64,000 nt of DNA from Octopus vulgaris. Taxonomy: Eukaryota. The translations under genes and the position numbers were made by a program. Of the stretch, positions 52,971 to 64,000 are shown one piece after another. Under the pieces are notes generated by a model. That model did no database searches and was not told where the DNA came from. It saw only the letters and a program-made list of their open reading frames with translations. Every line of letters begins with the position of its first letter. The stretch's first letter is position 1. The stretch covers positions 202,368,001 to 202,432,000 of the forward strand of contig OX597815.1 of the NCBI GenBank assembly GCA_951406725.2. Direction: 5' to 3'.

Positions 52971-54375
52971 ATGTCTGTTGAAATTATTCACGAAAGTAGT
53001 GCTCTTGAGGAGAGCAATGTTAAAAAATTTTCTGAGGTAGCCGCAGTGGCTACCGAGAACATTGACATCGATGTCAACCAGCTCGTCGAGCTATTTAAAA
53101 GAATGCAAGAGGAGGGTGGTGATGTTAAAATATCACCCTCCGCCAGTATCGTGGAGACCGAGAAGCGAACCGTAGCGTTTAAAACTTTCTGTCCACAAAG
53201 CAGAAGGTTCAAACACTTTGAAAAAAGCACCATCGAGAAATGCCTGTCACCGATTTGGAAGGACATCGTGTACGTCGCCAGGGGACGGGCATATGGCACT
53301 GTGGATGTCCGCTTCTCGGGGGAAGAAATGACCCGCGGGCATTCTGTGAACCCCCTAAAAACCAAGGAGGTGGTACTTTTCTCAAGCTATAGGGGACGCA
53401 GGACGTCCCGTGTCAGGATTGTAGAAGCCCCGCCGGAAGAAGATCCGGTAGAGGTAGTGGCCGCCCTGTTATACAAAAGGGCAGACAAAATAAAAATACT
53501 ACAAGTAACATGCTCTACCCCTCTATTTTGGCTCGGGCGTAACATTAATATATTAATTCAAGGAACAGCAGAGGACCTACAGCTCCTTCCTGAGAGGGTG
53601 CTCGTGGGCGAGAACGTAGCCCTCAGGGTTAAGGTCGAAGGCCGAAAACCCACCTGTTACGCCTGCGGCAAAAAGGGCCACATTCGTGTAGACTGTCCAG
53701 ACAAGCAAAAGAAACCGCAGACACCAGGCCCCTCAGATAATAAAAAAGTTCCTACCCTTGCAAACACACCTACCCCTACAAAAACAAAAAATCCCACTCC
53801 CGCTGTTACGGTGCCAACCCCAAAACAGACTGATGAAAAAACCCAGCCCTCGCACTCACAAACCCCTACACTATTAAAACCTCCCACACCCCTAAGAACT
53901 GCGGCGCCTACCGGACAAACTATTGCCACCCCAGACGATACCATGGAGGTATCAGAGGGTGGATTTACACCAGTTCGTAAAAGAATTCGTGCAGCATCCC
54001 CGTCCACATCCCCTACAAAAAATAATAAAAACAAAGACACACCACAGACACGGAAAAAAAAAATCCCGCTCAACTGGCCCAGAAAAAGAAGACAAAAAAG
54101 AAAATGAACTCATATTAATTGAATTCGACACACAAGACAAATACATAAACGATATTGTGGTTCAGCATCAGTCAAAAAGACTGTACAACAAATACAAAGA
54201 TCGAAATAGACACGCGTGGATTGCGGAAACAACGTTCAAACAATTAAAAGACAGACACCCAAACGCCATCCGGCATATCGCGAACTTGCCGGACTATCTG
54301 AAGAAAGAGGAGAAAGAAGGGGCCCACAAACATGTGGTGAGGTCGGCCCCCACCTCTCCAACGAAATGTAAGTAG
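52971..54375 (+). pseudogene. LINE ORF1 (gag-like nucleic-acid-binding protein), probably frameshifted in the A-run near 54055
   Basis: Zinc knuckle CYACGKKGHIRVDC followed by a Pro/Thr-rich tail. Continues in ORF 53923-54375. Confidence 0.8.
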
Positions 54376-57356
54376 AACTTGGTTGTTTAAATGTGCGTGG
54401 TCTGAGTTCGAAGTGGAAGCAGGCTTGTTTCCTCGACGGACCTCAGATCACATGATATACATGTGATGGTTGCTACAGAGACCAAGCTGGACAGCCTACA
54501 AACCTTCTCGCCTCTCCTGAATGGCTACGAGAAAATCATGTCTCCTGGCCAGACCGGAGGGCGAGGGGGCGTAGTGGTACTGATCCGTAAAGACTTGGCT
54601 CTACAGACAAGTACAGTCTATGTAGACCCAGAAGGTCGTCCTTGATGTGACATACAGCAGTAAGGCCTTCAGGTTGATCGGACTCTATGCACCTTGTGCT
54701 AGAGGTTTCCAAACTGATTTTTATCGGCGCCTAGAGGGCTTTCTCGTGACGTCGAAGACTTTAGTGATATTAGGGGACTTTAATGCTATCGTTGACGTAC
54801 ACATCGATAGCGTTGGCTCGATCTATAGGAAAGTGAACTCACGTCTCGTGGATCTACTTAAGCGGTTTCAGCTGGCAGATCGTTACAGACTTGACCATCC
54901 GAACGTCCCAGAGTGGACCTGGATGAGTGGCGACGGAAGGTTCAAGTCTTATCTAGACAGGATAGTGATAAGAACTAGAGATAAGTCTAGTTTTAGTTGT
55001 CCACAGCTCGTCCAGGTGCCCTATACTGACCATAGAATGGTCACGTGTAGACTGGACATAGATAGCACACTTAAGATAGGAACCGGCTACTGGAAGCTGA
55101 ACAAGTCTATTTTGACACGCGAGGCATACCGTAGCCGGATTAAGGTGTTAGTGCAGAGGGCGTTAACCGGAGCCGTGGTTAATAACCGGTGGTGGTTCAC
55201 CCTCAAAAGAGCCATTCGATTCGAGTCCATTAGATTTAGTAAACAACTAAGACTAGATAGGGCTAGAATAGAAGGGCAACTAGTTAAGGACTTAGAGGAG
55301 GCGTTGAGGTTGGGCTCTGCATCTCACATTTTAGCGGCGAGAACGGCATTAGACCGTCACCTCAAAACCAAACATGAGGGATGTAGAGTCCGGGCTAAAG
55401 TACGAGCATTGGGCCGTGAGGGAATTAATGTTGCCGGATGACCCGTACGATAGAAACACAGCGTGGAAACGATGCCACAATTGGGTCTCTTGTTGATGAA
55501 AACGGATGCACGATCAAGAAGCGGGACGAGATGTGTGAGGCACTTCACAAGCACTTCGCCGAGTTGTTCGGGCGGTGCGGGACGCTGGATCATGGTGAGG
55601 CCCTTAGGGACTTCCTGTCTGGTGGTCCGCGCCTCTCGACACGAGAGGCTGAGTGCTGTGAAGGGCCAATCACAGCCGAGGAAGTAATCGAGGTGTTGGG
55701 CAAGTGCCCCAGGAAGAAGTCGCCGGGTCTCGATGGTCTGCCCTATGAATTTTATAGAAGTATGCCAGACTTGTTCGGGCACCTGCTGGCTAGCGTCTAC
55801 GCCAACTGGCAGCAGAATGGGAGAATTCCCAAGTCTGCGAGCCGGGGGGCGGTGACATTGATCAGGAAGGACCCGAACAAGGGGGACGAGATAGGGAACT
55901 TCAGGCCCATAACTCTGTTAAACACAGAGTTAAAGATTCTGGCCAAGGTGCTAGCAAAAAGGTTGGCGCGGGTCGTGGACAAACTTGTCGGGGAAGCGCA
56001 AACGTGCGCTATCCCCGGCAGAACGGTCCACGACAATCTCCACCTTATACGCTACTCCTTAGAGAGGGTGGGGAAGCTTTCTGGCGCAGGGGGAGCACTG
56101 GTACATTTAGACCAGTCCAAAGCATTTGATAGGGTCGACCATCGGTACCTGGCGGCGGTCCTCGGAGAGGCTGGCCTAGGCCCGACCTTTCGAGGTTGGA
56201 TCGCTGCTTTGTATAGCGACATCGAGTTCAGTTCGTCATGGGTGTCCCCTGTCCTCGCTCCTATACGTATTGGCTCTTGAGCCTTTGCTGCGGAAGTTGG
56301 AGGCACTAGGGTGCGCGCCGCATGATTTATGGTGTGGAAGAGGAGCTACGGCGTATGCGGATGACACCTCCATCATCGTGGCAGACGAAGACCAGCTTCC
56401 AGTGGTGGAAGAGGCCATCAAAAGCTACGAGGCGGTGGCAGGAGCAAAGGCTAACAAGGACAAGTCGGTCGGTTTGCAACTCGGCACCTGGAGGGGTAAG
56501 CCGATGCCGTCCAATAACGTCGTAGGGCGTTGGACGGAAGGTCCTGTTAAGCTGCTCGGAGTCTGGTTCGGGCCAGACCTCCAGATTGAGAAAAATTGGA
56601 GTGAGGTGGCCAACAAGGTGACCGCTCTAACCCAGACCTGGTCTGGGCGGGCGTTATCACTGCTAGGGAAGGCGGAGGTGGTGCAGATGTTTATAGCATC
56701 AGTAATCACCTACCGTCTGACCGTGGTGCCTTGCCCCGATTTGTGGCTGAACAAGTTGGAGAGAATCCTTTTCCGATTTTTGTGGAAAGGAGGAAAGCCA
56801 CTTGTAAAGCGCTCTGTCTGCTGCCAGAAACCGCTAAAGGGTGGGCTAGGGATGCCTTGGCTAAGGATGCGAAAACTCGCGTTAAGGTTGAGGCACCTCT
56901 GGCTTTACCTGGATGGAGAGCAGGTGTGGTCACCGCACGTCCGGTTCTACCTTCCCCAGTTAACATCCCTAACGGACATCGGTGCATGGATCAAGCGGAG
57001 ACCTAAACTGAGTGAATGGCATTTGGAGTGCCGTCAGGCGCTCCAGCTACTATCTCGGGTGGGCAACGCCGGCAACAGGAGAATCTATCATCGAGATTGT
57101 GCCGCCCCCTTTCCTTAACTGGGAAAGAAAGGCTTGGTTTTTCTGTGTAGTAGCCATACTGAAAGAAACAGTATGGAAGACGCGTACGAAAGGTATAGTG
57201 ACAGGCACCTTTGTCTCCGGCCAGGGGTTGATTAACTTTTTTAGTTACCACCTCAGTAGCAAAATCAGGCTGGAGAAGAGGTGTCTGCCACGAGATATGT
57301 TTGTGAAAAGATGGAAGCCTGTGGCATACAAGATGGGTATGTTTGGCACCAGGTAA
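54375..57356 (+). pseudogene. LINE ORF2 (APE endonuclease + reverse transcriptase) with stops, frameshifts and deletions
   Basis: APE motifs CLNVRGL, ATETK, GDFNA, SYLDR, TDH, WKLN. RT motifs KSPGLDGLPYEFY, NFRPITLLN, LDQSKAFDRVDH, GCPLS, AYADD. Confidence 0.92.
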
Positions 57357-57724
57357 GTGTGACCGGATCAGAAAGTAAAGGTTCTACCCGGATGGCTGGG
57401 TGTCCGTCCTTCGACATGATCATTAATATTTTTAAACATTGCCTTCGTAAAATTCATTGTTTATAATCTTATCCGTAATTTCATTCGAAAATTGTAACTG
57501 TGTTAAGCTACTTCACCCTTTATATTTGTCTGTCCTTGTTTGTCCCCTCTTTGTAAATGCCTAAATGGCAAATTATATGAAATAAAGTAGCTTGTTTACC
57601 AACCACATGGTTCCGGGTTCAGTCCCACTGTGTGGCACCTTGGGCAAGTGTCTTTTACTATAGCCTCTGGCCGACCAATGCCCTGTGAGTGGATTTGGTA
57701 GATGGAAATTGAAAGAAGCCCGTC

Positions 57725-57763
<39 letters not shown>

Positions 57764-57996
57764 TGTGTGCGTTTGTGTGTCTGTGTTTGTCCCCCTAGCA
57801 TTGTTTGACAACCGATGCTGGTGTGTTTATGTCCCCGTTACTTACCGGTTCGGCAAAAGAGACCGATAGAATAAGTACTGGGCTTACAAAAGAATAAGTC
57901 CCGGTGTCGAGTTGCTCGATTAAAGGCGGTGCTCCAGCATGGCCGCAGTCAAATGACTGAAACAAGTAAAAGAGTAAAGAGTAAGAGAGCACTAAA

Positions 57997-59242
57997 TACA
58001 GGGTGTAGCAGTGAGGACGAAAATGTTTGAAAAATTCACAAAATCACTAATTTTAGCTGCAAACAAATTTTATTGACAACAATGTGTTTCTATTGAATAA
58101 GCATTTGTCAAAATTACGTGTGGAAAGCAACATCTATTATGTGGTGCCCGCTTTCATTAATGAATTTCTAAAAAGTGCTCTTGGAGATTAACCTCCACTC
58201 TCGCCAGCATTGCTGTGTAGATTTGGACAACTTCCACGCGAGTATCCTCTTCAAGTCGTCTAATCTACAGGGCTTACGCGCATACACACGTGTCTTGAGG
58301 TTTCCCCACAAGCAATAATCACAAATGGGCAAATCATGGAACCGAGGTGGCCAAGGAATACCAGCAATACTGGAAATGAGGTGGTCACTGAGGAAAAGGC
58401 GAAGAACGTCCATTGATTCTCTGGCAGTGTGGGCCGTCGCCCTATCCTGCTGAACATACACACGTCGAATGTTCAGCATGTTTTCGTCGTTATTCAGGCC
58501 CGAGTCATCATCTCGATGTAACGCTCGGAATTCACAGTAACGGCATTTTTATTATTGTCTTCAAAAACGAAAGGACCTATGACAGCGGCTTTTCCAGCCG
58601 CATACCAGTCACTTTTTGGTTGTTCTGTGGTCTTTCGTGCAGTTCTCTCGGACTTTCAAGACCCCAATAACGACAGTTCTGTTGATACATCACACATTAA
58701 CAACATAATGTTGCCATTTGCCTCAAAAATTGATTCCATCTGACGTGCGAAGTTAAGCCGCTGTGCATAGTCCCATGGTTTTGAACTGATGCCTAATAAC
58801 CAGTTCCTACAAGTGGAAATGCAGGTCTTCATACAAAATACTCCTTACCGATAGATTACCGATGCCAAATTCAGTGGAATGCCTCGGAGCAGTGCGATCG
58901 GAGACTGTATCAAAACTTGTCTGACCTGTTCCGCCAATTTCTTATTCTTTAGCGAACCTCGTCCATGAAATGCATTCTGCCAACGTAAGATTGTGTTACG
59001 AGTTGGAAAAGCGGCACCGAAACTTATACTAAACTGCTGTGACAGACTCGTTATTATTGATGTACCTGTCGGAAACAAACAAGCGATGTTCTATCACACA
59101 CAGTGTCATGGCTTAACCTGAAAAGAAAAAAAATGCTAAGAGACTGAGAACTGAATGGTAAAAGACGGACATACGTCCGTCACCTGGGGCTGAGTAATAG
59201 TCATTTCAAATACGCCATCCTCTTTGTGCCCACACCACATAT
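57997..59242 (-). mobile_element. Tc1/mariner relic of the DD41D (rosa-like) type
   Basis: QQDRATAHT...WPPRFHDLPICDYCLWG.LK.RVY, with 41 residues counted between the second and third catalytic Asp. TA-CAGGGTG at the left end; the right end is uncertain. Confidence 0.8.
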
Positions 59243-59261
59243 ACTTGATTTTCATGTCATC

Positions 59262-59351
<90 letters not shown>

Positions 59352-59805
59352 GAGTGAGAGAGCAGTTCATGCCATCAAAGTGACACTGGGGTAAAATATA
59401 CGAAGCCCAATATACCCATCATGACTACCCGTCTTATAAAGGTACACCAGGCACATGCATCACAACCATATGTGCGCGACATGGTGATCTCATATCAAGA
59501 TAAACAGCACATGACCTTGCAGGTGGGCCCCAGTTAGAATTTTCTTCAGGTTGAGTAGCCCATCCCGCTCAAACGGTCCCTGAATAAGGGTTGTTTAAGG
59601 ATGTTGAAAGAACCACCCATGTTTCCAGAGGTGAACTATTCAAACCCCAAAGAATCCCTCTCAACACATGGCTAGGATGCTCCCCCACTACTTCTGCTCG
59701 TGATCAGAGATGCACATATCGTCAGCCACTAAGGGACATGCACAACTGGTTAAGGTCAAACAACTGACAAGCAAATCTGTGGTATTGAGCAGAATATTTG
59801 GAACA
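59352..59805 (-). mobile_element. Non-coding 3' segment of an unidentified (TAA)n-flanked retroelement
   Basis: GC-richer ~450-bp block bounded on both sides by TAA/TTA repeats, in the same context as the neighbouring R4/Dong copies. No ORF. Confidence 0.4.
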
Positions 59806-59872
<67 letters not shown>

Positions 59873-59877
<5 letters not shown>

Positions 59878-60316
59878 TAGTTTTATTTTTATAGCGTGCT
59901 TTCACTTCACTACCGAGCGCAGCTCTGTATGCCTTGGGTATGTGCTGTGATTTGTTGTGATGCTCTGATGGTTATTGTATGGAAAGTGTTCTGCGTAGGA
60001 TGTGGGCAGTGCCTAGTAGTGCAATTTTCTGTATGTTATATGTGTTTGTAAGTCCTGGTGTTTTTGTTATGTATTTGTCTGAATATTTTTTTATCATGCC
60101 TAATGCACCTACTATGATAGGAATTGTTTCTGTTTTCAGGTTCCACATTCTAGTTATCTCTATTTCCAGGTCTTTGTATTTTGAGAGTTTCTCCATTTCT
60201 TTTAGAGACACGTTGTCATCTGCCGGTATTGATACATCAATTAGAAAGCATTTTTTTCTTCATGATCTCTGACAACTATATCTGGTCTGTTGGCCTTAAT
60301 TTCTCTATCTGTGTGT
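59873..60316 (-). mobile_element. R4/Dong-type element family A, short 5'-truncated copy
   Basis: Near identical to 62120-62567. Encodes the REL C-terminus (EKLSKYKDL...PIIVGALG). Confidence 0.9.
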
Positions 60317-60329
60317 ATTATTATTATTA

Positions 60330-60385
<56 letters not shown>

Positions 60386-60387
<2 letters not shown>

Positions 60388-62088
60388 TTTTTTTTTCTTC
60401 TTTCAAATTTTCTTCCATTTCTTGCCGAGTGTCTTCCCGACTCCTAGGGCAAAGAAACTCATAGTGTATATTGGTAGGCCATTAAACCAAACTCAGTAGT
60501 TCGTTCATTTTTTTTTTTTTTTTTTTTTTTAAAGTTAAATTAAAATACATGAGCAGCAACAGTTCTCACATCGACAATGCTCTTCTCAATACGTGTGATG
60601 TACCAGTTAAAACAATCTTTTGCACTTCTTGCAGGGATGGTAAGCCAGGGATCATTCTCATATAATTTTCGGTTCCCTTCTTGATCATTCCTAGTGCTCC
60701 TACGATCACTGGTATTGTAACCGCCTTGAGATGCCACATTTTCTCAATTTCAATGAGTAGGTCTTTATATTTTCTGAGCTTGTCAAACTCTTTCGCTGAG
60801 ATATTATGATCACAGGGGATGCTCATGTCGATCAATAAGCAAACTTTATTGTTTTGGTCTTTCACAACAATATCTGGTTTATTGGCCTTGATGGTTCGGT
60901 CTGTATGTACTGGAAAGTCCCACAGAATGGTTACATTTTCTCCTTCAGTTACAGCCTCAGGGTGGTGATTATACCACTTGTCGGCAGTTTTGATATTGTA
61001 ATGCCGACTTATTAGCCAGTGGAGATATTGGCCAATTCTGTCATGTCTTAATTTATACTCCACTGGTGCTAAGACTTTACATCCAGAGATTAGGTGGTCC
61101 ACTGTTTCAATCATATCGTTGCAGAATCGGCATTTTGGGTCTGCTCCATTTTTCATCACATTGGCCTGGTAGTTCCGGGTTAATAGGCTTTGGTCTTGAG
61201 CAGCCAGGATGAAACCTTCGCTCTCTGCTTTTAGCCCTGAGCTCCGCAGCCACTGATGGGTTTGCTTCTGGTCAACATCAGCTTGTTTGCTGCGGGTCAC
61301 ATATTTGCCGTGCAGAGGTTTCTCCTCCCACCTATCAGCCAATTGCTCGTGCGCTTTTTTCATTGCCATCATTTTCACCTTCTTTGCAACAATAGTTGCC
61401 GTACTTCCCTCGGGTTGTTCAGTTTGGGTATCCTGCACGAGATCAATAGCAATTTTTTTGCTTTCCTTGATGGTAGAATGAAGCTTCTTTCGTCTCTCGT
61501 GATTTTTCACGAGCTTTAGCATCCAGTCATTCGATATTTCGAGATATTTGGCCAGTCCAATTGTGGTTGTTTTGTAAGCTAGTTCAAATTGGATCAGGCC
61601 TCGACCTCCTTGGGCTCTGGGAAGGTAAAGGCGATCTACGTCTGCCTTTGGGTGGTGCATCCTATTACAACTCAGCAGCTTGCGTATTTTCCTATCTATA
61701 TTCTTTACTTCACTCATATTCCAGTTCAACACATTGTAGCTATAAGTAACAACTGGAACTGCTAAGGAATTTATAGCTAACACCTTGTTACGTGCATTTA
61801 GTTCAGATTTCAGGACTGCACGAACTCTCCTATAACATTCCTTCCTGATTTCTCTTTCATGCTTGCATGCTGAATACCAGAGCCTTCATTTATCCCTAAA
61901 TATTTGTATGTCTGTTCTTGCTCAAGCTCTCTTATGACTGTGTCAACATCTAACACGACTGAATTTGTGGTCTTCACTTTCCCTTTCTGGAAAGTGGCCT
62001 TGGCACACTTCTCAAGTCCAAACTCCATCCCGATGTCATCGCTGAATGCTTTCACGGTGCGCAATAGGCCTTCAAGTTCATTATTGTC

Positions 62089-62090
<2 letters not shown>
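60386..62090 (-). mobile_element. R4/Dong-type element family B, 5'-truncated (RT end, CCHC finger, REL endonuclease)
   Basis: EFGLEKC, YKYLG, GGRGL, CRFC...ETVDHLISGC, RHD, KPDIVV..ID...P, KLRKY. One frameshift near 61850. Flanked by (TTA)n. Confidence 0.92.
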
Positions 62091-62119
<29 letters not shown>

Positions 62120-62122
<3 letters not shown>

Positions 62123-64000
62123 TAGTTTTATTTTTATTTTTATAGCGTGCTTTCACTTCACTACCGAGCGCAGCTCTGTGTGCCTTGGGTATGTGCTGTG
62201 ATTTGTTGTGATGCTCTGATGGTTATTGTATGGAAAGTGTTCTGCGTAGGATGTGGGCAGTGCCTAGTAGTGCAATTTTCTGTATGTTATATGTGTTTGT
62301 AAGTCCTGGTGTTTTTGTTATGTATTTGTCTGAATATTTTTTTATCATGCCTAATGCACCTACTATGATAGGAATTGTTTCTGTTTTCAGATTCCACATT
62401 CTAGTTACCTCTATTTCCAGGTCTTTGTATTTTGAGAGTTTCTCCATTTCTTTTAGAGACACGTTGTCATCTGCCGGTATTGATACATCAATTAAAAAGC
62501 ATTTTTTTCTTCATGATCTCTGACAACTATATCTGGTCTGTTGGCCTTAATTTCTCTATCTGTGTGTATCGGCATATCCCAGAGTATGGTTGCTTTCTCG
62601 TTTTCTGTGACCTTTTCTGGTGTGTGCCTATACCATCTTTTTTCTGTTGTTATTCCATAATGTTGGCATAGCTTCCAATGTATGTAGGTTCCAACTCTGT
62701 CATGTCTGTGAATATATTCCTTCTTAGCCAGGACTGGGCAGCTAGAGATAATATGATTTATTGTTTCTTGTCCATCTCCACATATTCTGCAGTTACTTGT
62801 AATATTTCTTTTCATTACATGTTTTTGGTAATTTCTGGTGGGGAGGCTTTGGTCTTGTGCTGCAATTAAAAATCCCTCTGTTTCTGCTTTGAGTCCTGAG
62901 CTTCTCAACCATTGCTGGGATTTTTCTTTGTCTATTTCTTTTGCGTTTAGTTTAGTGCAGTATTTACCATGAAGGGGCTTTTCTTGCCATCGTTTTATCA
63001 TGGTTCGTTGCTGTTCTGTTTTTAGTTTGGATTTCATTTGTTTTATAGCTTTTGTTGTTTCTTCATCTTCTTCTTCTTCTTCATGTTTATTAGGTGGTAT
63101 GATTTCTTGTTTGTATTTGTCAGCTTCCTTAAATACTGAGAACAGTTTTTTGTTTTGCTCGTGTTTTGCCGCTATCTGGATCAGTTTTCCTTCCTTCTGA
63201 AGTAGATATTTTTGCAGTCCTATGGTGGTTATTTTATAGTAGTTTTCCAGCTGTATAAGGCCTCTACCACCTTCCATACGTTGTATATATAGTCTTTCTA
63301 TGTCAGATTTTGGGTGATGCATCCTAGATCCTGTCATTATTTTTCTTGTTTTCCTATCTATTTTGGTCAGTTCATTTCGTGTCCAGTTAAGGATATTGTA
63401 GCTGTAACTTATAACTGGGACAGCTAAAGTGTTGATACCTATTATCTTGTTTTTAGCATTGAGCTCTGTGTTTAGTATTGATCTAACTCGTCTATAATAT
63501 TCTTTTTTTATTTTCTCTTTCATTTGTGTGTGTTGTGTCTTATCTAGTTCATGGATTCCTAAGTATTTGTAAGTTTGGCTTTGGTCTAATTCTTTTATTT
63601 CATTGGTTTTATCTAGTGTGATGTTGTTACTCTTAACTAGTTTTCCTCTTTTCATGGTTACTTTGGCGCATTTTTCTAATCCAAATTTCATATCTATTTC
63701 TTTGGTAAATCCATGAACTGTCTTTAATAGTGTTTCCAGCTGTTTGTCATTTGCAGCGTATAGTTTTAGGTCATCCATATATAAAAGGTGGCTGATCGTT
63801 TTGCCGTAACATTTATATCCGCATCCAGTTCTATTTAGCATATCAGATAGAGGTGACAGTGCCAAGCAGAAAAGGAGTGGAGAGAGCGTGTCTCCCTGGA
63901 ATATTCCTCTTCTAATGGGGATGTCTTTGGTTTTCATGAGTCCCTCTTTTGTTTGGAGGTGTAGGACTGTTTGCCATTTATTCATAGAGTGCTCTATGAA
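62120..64000 (-). mobile_element. R4/Dong-type element family A (RT, CCHC, REL endonuclease), running off the window end
   Basis: RGIFQGDTLSPLLF, HLLYMDDLKLYA, FGLEKC, YKYLG, CRICGDGQETINHIISSC, RHD, RPDIVV. ORF 62492-63985 continues in 62223-62462. Confidence 0.93.

Larger units (their letters stand above)
52574..57584 (+). mobile_element. Tx1/L1-clade non-LTR retrotransposon, near full length, disrupted
   Basis: 5' UTR, ORF1 with a CCHC knuckle, ORF2 APE-RT, and AATAAA at the 3' end. Flanked by the duplicated AAGTAGCTT (52565-52573 and 57585-57593). Confidence 0.9.
52545..57985 (+). mobile_element. SINE family 1 copy split by a LINE insertion (head 52545-52573, remainder 57585-57985)
   Basis: cgcaggagtggctgtgtggtaagtagctt resumes as aagtagcttgtttaccaaccacatggttccgggttcagtccc. 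Confidence 0.88.

Noticed and set aside
52988-56987. Antisense and alternative-frame ORFs over the Tx1 element (likewise over the Dong copies)
   Set aside because: Shadow ORFs of genuine retrotransposon coding sequence.

Overview
AT-rich, microsatellite-dense animal genomic DNA. The SINE families and (TA)n/(CA)n/(TACA)n load suggest an octopus-like mollusc; this is inference. No host gene can be called with confidence, and most ORFs in the track are microsatellite or satellite artefacts. Recognisable mobile elements: a CR1-like LINE relic; three Tc1/mariner relics plus a MITE; a 5'-truncated Penelope-like element (RT + GIY-YIG); a near full-length Tx1/L1-clade LINE inserted into a SINE head; a head-to-tail stack of R4/Dong-type REL retrotransposons in (TAA)n; and several tRNA-derived SINEs. 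Two things stand out. (1) Many type I minimal hammerhead ribozyme (HHR) motifs of the Penelope kind occur, three with a canonical core and one family with an atypical core. (2) The region at about 29.6-51.4 kb is built on roughly 10 kb of an AAAATTTT-based satellite that switches strand and joins inverted and direct duplications of the flanks. Inside it, two identical canonical hammerheads lie in the same orientation exactly 3,250 nt apart, which resembles a retrozyme-type unit carrying satellite and flanking DNA. Coordinates were read by eye and boundaries of degenerate elements are approximate. Misassembly of the satellite region cannot be excluded from sequence alone.
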